Below, in pieces: positions 56,703 to 64,000 of a stretch of DNA of 64,000 nt. Position numbers and translations under genes: made by a program. The notes beneath the pieces are model-generated. The model was not told where the DNA came from. It worked only from the letters and a program-made list of their open reading frames with translations, and made no database searches. The first letter of the stretch is position 1. The number at the start of each line of letters is the position of its first letter. Source of the stretch: Candidatus Brocadiia bacterium (GTDB lineage Bacteria > Planctomycetota > Brocadiia > CAIUPP01); the NCBI GenBank assembly GCA_050015075.1, contig JBEKCB010000010.1:65096-129095 (forward strand), read 5' to 3'.

Positions 56703-57878
56703 ATGGCGAAATACGTCTCACTCACCGGCAATGACGCGGCGGCTTACGCCCTCAAACAGGCGCGGCCGGACGTCGCGTCGGCCTACCCGATCACGCCGCA
56801 GACGGAGCTGATGCACAAGTTCGCCGAGTTCGTGGCCAACGGCGACGTGGATACCGAAGTGATCCTGGTGGAATCCGAGCACAGCGCCATGAGCGCGGCC
56901 ATCGGGGCCTCGGCGGCCGGCGCGCGCGTCATCACCGCCACCTCCTCACAGGGCCTGGCGCTGATGTGGGAGATGGTGTATATCGCCGCCTCCTGCCGGC
57001 TCCCGATCGTGATGCCCGAGGTCAACCGCGCGCTGAGCGGCCCGATCAACATCCACTGCGACCACTCCGACTCGATGGGCTGCCGCGACGCCGGCTGGAT
57101 CCAGATCTTCGCCGAGAATTCCCAGGAGGCGTACGACAGCACCCTCCAGGCCTTCCGGATCGCCGAGCGCAAGGACGTGCTGCTGCCGACGATGATCTGT
57201 TTCGACGGCTTCATCATCAGCCACACCAACGAGCCGGTGGCGATGCTGACCGACGCTCAGGCGGCCGCGTTCGTCGGCGAGTACAAGCCCGACCGCGCGC
57301 TGCTCGACGTGGAGCATCCGTACACCGTCGGCGGGCTGGACATGCCCGAGTGGTACTTCGAGCACAAGCGCCAGCAGGTCGAGGCGATGCGCAATTCGTT
57401 CAGCGCGATCGAGTCGGTCGGCAAGGAATTCGGCCAGCTCTCGGGCCGGCCGTACGGGTTCCTGGAGGGCTATCGGATGGATGACGCCGAGTGCGCGATC
57501 ATCGCGCTCGGCTCGACCTGCGGCACCGCGCGCGTCGCCGCCGACGAAGCCCGCGAGCAGGGCATCAAGGCCGGTGTCGTCAAGCTGCGCGTCTTCCGGC
57601 CGTTTCCCGCGCGCCAGTTACGCCAGGCGCTCGGGCGCGTCAGAACCGTCGGCGTCCTCGACCGCTCGATCTCGTTCGGCATCGAGGGCGGCCCGCTGTT
57701 CCACGAGGTCCGCTCGCACCTCTACGGCGACGACCGTGCGATCATGCCGTTCGTCTACGGCCTCGGCGGACGCGACATCCGCGTCGAGCAGATCGTTGAA
57801 GTCTTCAAGACCCTGCGCGACGCCGGCCGGTCCGGCTTGAAAGAACGGGAAGTGGAATTTATCGGGCTCCGCGAATAG
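56703..57878 (+). CDS. porA: Pyruvate:ferredoxin oxidoreductase alpha subunit
   Basis: YPITPQT, ESEHSA, TATSSQGL and NRAL motifs. Confidence 0.94.
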   Translation: MAKYVSLTGNDAAAYALKQARPDVASAYPITPQTELMHKFAEFVANGDVDTEVILVESEHSAMSAAIGASAAGARVITATSSQGLALMWEMVYIAASCRLPIVMPEVNRALSGPINIHCDHSDSMGCRDAGWIQIFAENSQEAYDSTLQAFRIAERKDVLLPTMICFDGFIISHTNEPVAMLTDAQAAAFVGEYKPDRALLDVEHPYTVGGLDMPEWYFEHKRQQVEAMRNSFSAIESVGKEFGQLSGRPYGFLEGYRMDDAECAIIALGSTCGTARVAADEAREQGIKAGVVKLRVFRPFPARQLRQALGRVRTVGVLDRSISFGIEGGPLFHEVRSHLYGDDRAIMPFVYGLGGRDIRVEQIVEVFKTLRDAGRSGLKEREVEFIGLRE

Positions 57879-57915
57879 CGCGTTTCCCGGGCTCATGAAC
57901 CAAGGATGACTGAAC

Positions 57916-58866
57916 ATGGCCATAAACCTTAAGAAACTCTCAGCGAAACCGGATCTTCTGGCGGGCGGGCACGCGGCTTGCGCCGGTTGCACCGGGCCGA
58001 CGGTCCTGCGCCAGGCGCTGCTGGCCGCGGAGACGCCGGTCGTCACGAGTTCCGCCACCGGCTGCATGGAAGTGGTGACCACGCTCTTCCCGCACACGGC
58101 CTGGCGAGTGCCGTTCATCCACAGCGCGTTCGAGAACTCGGCCGCCACGATGAGCGGCATTGAGACGGCGTATCGCGCGCTCCGCAAGCGCGGGAAGATT
58201 CCGGACCGCGAGATCGGCTTCATCGCGTTCGGCGGCGACGGCGGCACCTACGACATCGGCCTGCAGTCGCTCTCCGGCGCTCTCGAGCGTGGGCACAAGA
58301 TGCTCTACATCTGCTACGACAACGAAGCGTACATGAACACCGGCATCCAGCGTTCCAGCTCGACCCCGAAGGGCGCCGATACGACCACCGCGCCGGCCGG
58401 CAAGGTCAGCTCGGGCAAGCAGCAGAACCGCAAGGACCTGACGGCGGTCGTCATCGCGCATAACCCGGCGTACGTCGCCCAGGCCACGCCCTCCAACGCG
58501 ACCGACTTCATGGCGAAAGTCCAGAAGGCGCTCAAGGCGAACGGCGCGAGCTTCATCAACGTCATCGCGCCGTGCCACCGCGGCTGGCGCTTCAAGCCGG
58601 AACTGGGCATCGCGATGGCCCAGCTCGCCGTGGACACCTGCTTCTGGCCGCTCTTCGAGTGGGAGCGCCCCGGCAAGTTCACGGTCACCTACAAGCCGAA
58701 GGAGAAAAAGCCGCTCGAGGACTGGCTCAAGGCGCAGGCGCGCTTCCGCCATCTCTTCGAGCCGAAGAACCGCCACATCATAGACGAACTCCAGGCCGAC
58801 GTGGACCGCCGCTGGAAGGAACTGCTCGCCGCCGAAGAGGCGACTAAGGGCATCGCATTGGCCTGA
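57916..58866 (+). CDS. porB: Pyruvate:ferredoxin oxidoreductase beta subunit
   Basis: CAGC, TGC and the TPP motif GGDG...DNEAYMNTG. Confidence 0.94.
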   Translation: MAINLKKLSAKPDLLAGGHAACAGCTGPTVLRQALLAAETPVVTSSATGCMEVVTTLFPHTAWRVPFIHSAFENSAATMSGIETAYRALRKRGKIPDREIGFIAFGGDGGTYDIGLQSLSGALERGHKMLYICYDNEAYMNTGIQRSSSTPKGADTTTAPAGKVSSGKQQNRKDLTAVVIAHNPAYVAQATPSNATDFMAKVQKALKANGASFINVIAPCHRGWRFKPELGIAMAQLAVDTCFWPLFEWERPGKFTVTYKPKEKKPLEDWLKAQARFRHLFEPKNRHIIDELQADVDRRWKELLAAEEATKGIALA

Positions 58867-58885
58867 TCGAAACTCAGGACTCCAG

Positions 58886-58915
58886 GGCCGGGCGCCGAAA
58901 AGCGCCCGGCCTTTT
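58886..58915 (+). terminator. Rho-independent terminator after porB
   Basis: GGCCGGGCGC-cgaaaa-GCGCCCGGCC followed by TTTT. Confidence 0.8.
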
Positions 58916-59088
58916 CCGTTTTCACCGGGCGCGCCGGGCCGTTGCAAACTCTATTGCCCGCAACGGTTTGCGACCGAATTTTCGCCTTCCGCCTTGATCT
59001 TCTGCGGATCACGTGATATACTTCCTTCAGAAGTTGAGAGGCGTACCATAAGCTGCCAGGACTTGCTCTGCTGAGAAAGGTCTCGAAA

Positions 59089-59484
59089 ATGAAGGTTATA
59101 GGCGCTTTCGTGCTGGCTGCCACGTTGCTGGTCTGCTCCGGGTGCGCATCACTTACTGGACTGATCACCGGAGCGTTCACGGGCGCGGTGGATCTGCCGG
59201 CGGAAACTTACCGTCAGAATCGCGTGGTGTTCGACCAGCACCCGATGCTCTACGGCCTGGATGCCCTCATCGTGGCGCCCTGCGGCATTGCCGGGGGACC
59301 GGTCGTCGGGCTCGTCAAAGGTGCTTCGCTCGACGTCGAGTGGGTCTGCGGCAAGATCGGCTACGGCGTGGTCTTCGATTCGTACAGGGAAGCCAGCATC
59401 TGGCGCCCTTGGACGATCGTGTGGCCCAGCCGGAGGCCGATCAATATGGCCAATCCGCCGAATCCGGTCAATCCGGTTCCGTAG
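59089..59484 (+). CDS. Hypothetical lipoprotein
   Basis: Lipobox CSGC; AAAGG RBS. Confidence 0.65.
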   Translation: MKVIGAFVLAATLLVCSGCASLTGLITGAFTGAVDLPAETYRQNRVVFDQHPMLYGLDALIVAPCGIAGGPVVGLVKGASLDVEWVCGKIGYGVVFDSYREASIWRPWTIVWPSRRPINMANPPNPVNPVP

Positions 59485-59513
59485 AACGCCGGCGCGAAAC
59501 TTCCCGCTCGCGG

Positions 59514-60218
59514 TCAACTCCCGACGACCGCCTGAAACAGCTTCAGGTGGTCCGGGTGTTTCGCGGCCAATTCTTCGGGGTGCCACTGCACGCCGAGGAC
59601 TAGGCGGTCGTCCTCCGTCTCGATTCCCTCGATAATCCCGTCGCGGCTCCGCGCCGAAACGCGCAGTCCGCGGCCGATCCGATCCACCGCTTGGTGGTGA
59701 GACGATGCCACCTCGACTTCCGCCACGCCGAGACATTGGGCCAGCTTCGTTCCCGGCTCGATCCGCACCGCGTGCAGCAGCCGCGGCCCATCCTGGACGT
59801 GCCGGTCGGCCGAAGGCCTCTGTGAAGGAATGTCCTGGATCAGCGTGCCGCCCATGAAAATGTTCAGCAACTGCGCGCCGTAGCAGATGGCCAGGATCGG
59901 CCGCCCGAGGTCGAGCGCGGTCGCGAGGCAGCGGAAGTCGAACTCGTCGCGTCGCCGGTGCACCGGCTTCGTCATCGGGTGGGGCTGCTGGCCGTAGCGC
60001 GCAGGCGGCGTATCGGGGCCGCCGGTGATGACGAGGGCGTCGAGCCGGCGGAGCAGGTCGCGCAGCGCCTCGTCGCCGCCGATCTGCGGGATGAGGACCG
60101 GCGTTCCGCCCGCCAGTTCCACCGAATCGAAGTAGTCCGCGAGCAAATAGAACTCGTCCGCCTGCTGAGTCTTTCTCCGGCGATACCCGCCGGTGATCCC
60201 GATGAGCCGACGCGCCAT
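59514..60218 (-). CDS. Peptidase C26 / gamma-glutamyl-GABA hydrolase family glutamine amidotransferase
   Basis: TGGPD, AICYGAQ, HHQAV and VQWHPE motifs. Confidence 0.92.
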   Translation of the reverse strand: MARRLIGITGGYRRRKTQQADEFYLLADYFDSVELAGGTPVLIPQIGGDEALRDLLRRLDALVITGGPDTPPARYGQQPHPMTKPVHRRRDEFDFRCLATALDLGRPILAICYGAQLLNIFMGGTLIQDIPSQRPSADRHVQDGPRLLHAVRIEPGTKLAQCLGVAEVEVASSHHQAVDRIGRGLRVSARSRDGIIEGIETEDDRLVLGVQWHPEELAAKHPDHLKLFQAVVGS

Positions 60219-60348
60219 GGCTGGGGCCTCCTGTCTGAGCGTACAGCACAAATGGTACAGTAACATGGAGGTCCCTGTAAATAATCACTACGAACCGGAG
60301 GGCTTGAAACCGGGCGCGGAAGCGGTGAGAATGATGGGCGATCATGCC

Positions 60349-61527
60349 ATGAATTACTCGGATGAAATCCTGAGCGCGCTGCGCGACGAGCGGCGGTTTA
60401 TCCTCCTGACGCTTTCCGGGCCGAAGGACCCGGCCGAGGCGGAGTGGCGGAAGGTCGTCATCCGGCCCGTGCAGTTGTCCGGAGGCCGGCGCTTGCAGGC
60501 GGTCTTTCAAGGGCGGCGCAAGCAGACCGCGCGCAACATCGAGTCGGACCAGATTGCCAATGAGTTCCGGAAAATCGCCGAGATGGGCTTCCTCAACATC
60601 CACCTTCAGTGCGCGGACGGCGACTTGCACGTGCGTATCACTCGGAAGGGCAAGGCGCTGATCTCGCGCGGCCGGCCGTCGCTGGAATCGGCTCCGCCGG
60701 CGCAGCCGCATGACCGCCGGAAGGAATATCCTTTCCCGCCGGACGAGCCGGACGAATTCCTCGAAACGATCGGCGTCATGCGCGACGGCCGCGTGCTCCA
60801 GCCCATGCGCGAAAAGTTCCGGCAGGTCAATCATTTCCTGGCGCTGCTCAGCCACACGGACTTGGTGCGGCGGCTGCCGGTCGGCCCGCTCCGGCTGACG
60901 GATTGCGGCTGCGGCAGGGCGTTCCTCACGCTGGCGGCTTATCATTACCTGCGCGAGAAGCGCGGCCTGAGCGTCCAATTGACCGGCGTGGACGCCGATG
61001 CTGAAGTGATCGCGCGCGCGAGCGAACTGCGCGACCGGCTGGGCTACGACGAGGTGCAGTTCGCCCGGTCGCGGATTCTGGAGTACGAGCCGGCGGAGCC
61101 TCCGCAGGCGGTGTTCAGCCTTCACGCGTGCGACACGGCCACGGACGAGGCGATCGCGCAAGGGGTGAAGTGGCAGGCGGAACTGATTCTCTGCGCGCCG
61201 TGCTGCCAGCACGAGCTGCACCACCAGGTCGCGCGGCCGGAATTCCGCGCCGCGCTGCGGCACGGCATACTGCGGGAGCGTACGGCCGATATCCTGACCG
61301 ATGCGCTGCGCGCGGCCGCGCTGCGGGTCATGGGCTACCGGACGGACGTCATCGAATTCGTCTCCTCCGGCGATACGCCGAAGAACCTGATGATCCGGGC
61401 GGAGAGGTCCTCCGGCGCCGCCCCGAGCGGCGCGGCGGCCGAGTACCTTGCGCTGCGAGATTTCTGGGGCGTGAAGCCCTGCATCGAGGAGTTGCTGGGA
61501 AGCGGATTGCAGGAACGGCTTGCGTAG
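60349..61527 (+). CDS. SAM-dependent methyltransferase (Methyltransf_32-like)
   Basis: KFRQVN, DCGCG, SLHACDTATD, PCC and TPKN motifs. Confidence 0.88.
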   Translation: MNYSDEILSALRDERRFILLTLSGPKDPAEAEWRKVVIRPVQLSGGRRLQAVFQGRRKQTARNIESDQIANEFRKIAEMGFLNIHLQCADGDLHVRITRKGKALISRGRPSLESAPPAQPHDRRKEYPFPPDEPDEFLETIGVMRDGRVLQPMREKFRQVNHFLALLSHTDLVRRLPVGPLRLTDCGCGRAFLTLAAYHYLREKRGLSVQLTGVDADAEVIARASELRDRLGYDEVQFARSRILEYEPAEPPQAVFSLHACDTATDEAIAQGVKWQAELILCAPCCQHELHHQVARPEFRAALRHGILRERTADILTDALRAAALRVMGYRTDVIEFVSSGDTPKNLMIRAERSSGAAPSGAAAEYLALRDFWGVKPCIEELLGSGLQERLA

Positions 61528-61675
61528 ACGCGAGCGGTTCACTGCAGCAGTTGGTTGACGCGAGTGGCCCGGGCTGTCAAAATATGACACGTGATGCTTG
61601 ACCGCCGTGCGGAGGGCGCCCGCATGGCAGCTTCCGGATAATACGCAGACTTGGAGCGCGGCAGACACAGAAACG

Positions 61676-62074
61676 ATGACATCGCGAGGACGGATTCTGG
61701 CGGCCTACGCGCACAAGCCTGTTGACCGGATTCCTTGCAGCCCTAAGATTTACGCCTACCTGCTTGAACTGTATGGACAGTGCGGCATTGACGCGCGCAC
61801 AACGCTCACTCCTCCGCCTGTCGGCGACGTGGACTTGGGGGAGGTCAAACGCCGGATCGGCGACCGGGTTTGCCTGATGGGATATGTTGATCTGCACTAC
61901 GTCATCAAGCTGGGCACGCCCGACCTGATCGCCCGGACCGTGCGTGCCGCCATTGAGACCGCCGGCCCGGCCGGTTTTATCCTCGGCACGTACGACAGCA
62001 TCCGCGACGGAACCTCAATCGAAAACGTGCGCGCCTACTTCGACGCCTCCCGCAAATACGGGAAGCCCAAATGA
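61676..62074 (+). pseudogene. URO-D/MtaA-CmuA family gene with large in-frame internal deletion
   Basis: N-terminus MTSRGRILAAYAHKPVDRIP joined directly to the C-terminal third (PPVGDVDL, CLMGYVD, GFILGT, IENV); 132 aa, far short of a full TIM barrel. Confidence 0.7.
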
Positions 62075-62139
62075 CCGGCGTAAAGGGCAGCCTGGCGCGG
62101 AACCTTGTGTATGCGCCTTGATTAAAGTAGAATAAAGCG

Positions 62140-62874
62140 ATGACAACCGAATCGCTCGGGAATGAGATCAAGCTGCTCGGCAACGAAGGATTCCGCATCC
62201 GCGCGGGCGCCGCGGAGATTTACATTGACGCGTTCTATCACCCCATCCCGGGCATGGCCAGCGCGCCGGTCCTGCGCGGGAAGGATGTTGCGAAGGCGGA
62301 CCTGATCCTCGTGACGCATGACCACATGGACCACTTCAGGCCCGACGAGGTAGCGGAAGTCGCGTGTCGCACCGGCGCGATCGTGGTCGGGCCGCGCGCC
62401 GTGATCAAGTCGCTCGCGAGGAAAGTTCCCGCGGACGCGCTGAGGGAAATGGAGCCGTCCGCGGCGCCCGCCCGCGAGCCGGCGCGAACAGTGAAACTCA
62501 AGTTGCCGTTTGCCGGCGTCACGGCCTTCAGGACATTTCACGGACGCGGACATAACTCGTACCTGGTCGAGTCGGCCGGGTTGCGGTTCTTCCATGACGG
62601 CGACAACGGGAATACCACCAAGATTCCGGTTTCGGCGCTGGGCCGGCTGGACGCGCTGCTGATCGGGCCGTGGCAGGGTTCCGGCTGGGTGGAGTTCATC
62701 GAGAAGCTCTCGCCGTCGCGATATTTCCTGATGCATCTGTCGGAGGAGGAACTCGACGAGCACGCGGCGGGGCGGTTCCTGCCGGGCATCTGCGAGCGTG
62801 TTCCAAAGGGACTGGTGGTGCTGCGGCCGGGGCAGAGTTATTCGTTGGCTAAAGCGGATCGTGCTGTCCAATAA
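62140..62874 (+). CDS. MBL-fold metallo-hydrolase (UlaG-like)
   Basis: THDHMDH, FH, HDGD and LMH motifs. Confidence 0.85.
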   Translation: MTTESLGNEIKLLGNEGFRIRAGAAEIYIDAFYHPIPGMASAPVLRGKDVAKADLILVTHDHMDHFRPDEVAEVACRTGAIVVGPRAVIKSLARKVPADALREMEPSAAPAREPARTVKLKLPFAGVTAFRTFHGRGHNSYLVESAGLRFFHDGDNGNTTKIPVSALGRLDALLIGPWQGSGWVEFIEKLSPSRYFLMHLSEEELDEHAAGRFLPGICERVPKGLVVLRPGQSYSLAKADRAVQ

Positions 62875-62888
62875 AAGGAGTGCCGTTG

Positions 62889-63791
62889 ATGAAAGAGCTG
62901 AAGACTTGCGCGGTGCGCGTACGGCGAAAGAAGTTCGTGGACATTTTCCGCACGACGCCGCCGAAGACGGTCTGCCCCAATTTCTTCGTCCTGGCCCACG
63001 CGAACGGCTGCACTTTTCAGCCGCAGTGCACGTATTGTTTTCTGAAGTCCTCCTTCTGGTATCTCAACGAGCCGCAGGCGTTCAGCAACACCGAGCGCAT
63101 GCGGAAGGAAATCACGAGGTGGATCCGCCGCGACGACCTGGAATCGTACGTGCTGAACACGGGCAACCTGTCGGACAGCCTGGTCTTCGAGAAGGATCGT
63201 CCGCTGATCGGCAGCCTGGTGGAACTCTTCCGCGACGAGGCCGAGGCCAAGGGACGGAAGCATGCCCTGCTGCTGGTTACAAAAGGCGGTCCGCGCGACT
63301 GCAAGCCGCTCCTGGACACGCAGCCGTGCAAGAACGTGATTGTTTCCTTCTCGGTGAACGCGCCCGATGCGGCGCGCATTCACGAGAAGGGCGCCGCGCC
63401 GGTGGCCGACCGCCTTCGCGCGGCGGCGAGTTTGAAGTCGCGCGGCTGGCGCATCCGCATGCGCATTGACCCGATGATCCGCGGCTTCAATTACCGCGGG
63501 ATCGCCGAGCAGGTCCGGCGCCTGGCGCCCGAGCGCGTGACGCTCGGCACGCTGCGCGCGGAACACAATCTGCCGCGTTACGTCGGCAACGGACTTCTCA
63601 AAGAGATGGAGAAACCCGCCGATCCGAAGGCGCTGGCCCGCTACCCGATGAACGTGCGGCTGGCGCTCTATCGGCAGGCCGCCGACGTGCTCTCCAAGTC
63701 CGTTCCCCTCGCGCTCTGCGAGGAGACGCTGGATACGTGGACCGCGCTGGGGTTCGATGCGGCGTCGAAAAAGTGCAACTGCGCCCTGTGA
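62889..63791 (+). CDS. Spore photoproduct lyase-like radical SAM protein
   Basis: CTFQPQCTYCFL, TGNLSDS, SFSVN, RIDPMI and LALCEET motifs; AAGGAG RBS. Confidence 0.82.
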   Translation: MKELKTCAVRVRRKKFVDIFRTTPPKTVCPNFFVLAHANGCTFQPQCTYCFLKSSFWYLNEPQAFSNTERMRKEITRWIRRDDLESYVLNTGNLSDSLVFEKDRPLIGSLVELFRDEAEAKGRKHALLLVTKGGPRDCKPLLDTQPCKNVIVSFSVNAPDAARIHEKGAAPVADRLRAAASLKSRGWRIRMRIDPMIRGFNYRGIAEQVRRLAPERVTLGTLRAEHNLPRYVGNGLLKEMEKPADPKALARYPMNVRLALYRQAADVLSKSVPLALCEETLDTWTALGFDAASKKCNCAL

Positions 63792-63823
63792 GCGCACGCA
63801 GTTCCGCCGATGCGCCCCGCTCG

Positions 63824-63852
63824 TTGACACGTGCGGCGGCCGCTGATATACT
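63824..63852 (+). promoter_or_regulatory. Strong sigma-70 promoter for tRNA-Gln
   Basis: TTGACA-N17-TATACT with extended TG. Confidence 0.8.
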
Positions 63853-63881
63853 CGCAGCCTCGTCCGAGCGGCGTCGAACAC

Positions 63882-63955
63882 TACCCGGTGGTGCAATGGT
63901 AGCACAGGAGGTTTTGGTCCTTCTAATCGTGGTTCGAATCCACGCCGGGTAGCCA
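63882..63955 (+). tRNA. tRNA-Gln(TTG)
   Basis: TACCCGG/CCGGGTA acceptor stem, anticodon loop TT-TTG-GT, GTTCGAAT T-loop, encoded CCA. Confidence 0.95.
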
Positions 63956-64000
63956 ACCTCCGATCTCCGTCCGACTTCCGCCTCGGCATTCAACGGGAAA

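Noticed and set aside
63789-63830. TGA after ...CNCAL of the radical SAM gene as a second Sec codon
   Set aside because: No SECIS-like hairpin at the right spacing, and the downstream region is the tRNA promoter.
1-64000. CRISPR arrays, intact IS/transposases, integron attC arrays, rRNA
   Set aside because: No regularly spaced repeats, transposase motifs or rRNA-like sequence were seen by eye.

Overview
GC-rich bacterial chromosomal window. The gene content suggests an anaerobic, Gram-negative, carbohydrate-degrading organism, plausibly an uncultured planctomycete (inference). It carries about 55 CDSs: sugar-active enzymes, an IorAB-type molybdenum hydroxylase, a MacAB-TolC-like exporter, a 12-gene amino-sugar/cyclitol-type catabolic operon, glycosyltransferases and a porCDAB pyruvate:ferredoxin oxidoreductase operon. 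It also has tRNA-Leu(CAA) and tRNA-Gln(TTG). No CRISPR array or intact IS was seen. The main hidden signal is a 58-codon membrane protein absent from the ORF track (4730-4906, minus strand). It has an in-frame TGA in a C-x4-U-P-C motif followed by a canonical-looking bacterial SECIS hairpin, so it is a probable unannotated selenoprotein. Other notable items are a galactokinase fused to an apparently degenerate GlmU-like domain, a 70-bp double-hairpin dispersed repeat in two copies, a tyrosine-recombinase remnant, several internally deleted genes, twin promoters with a LacI-like operator, and a radical SAM enzyme with a CX5CX2C motif. All family calls come from motif recognition by eye, not from database searches.
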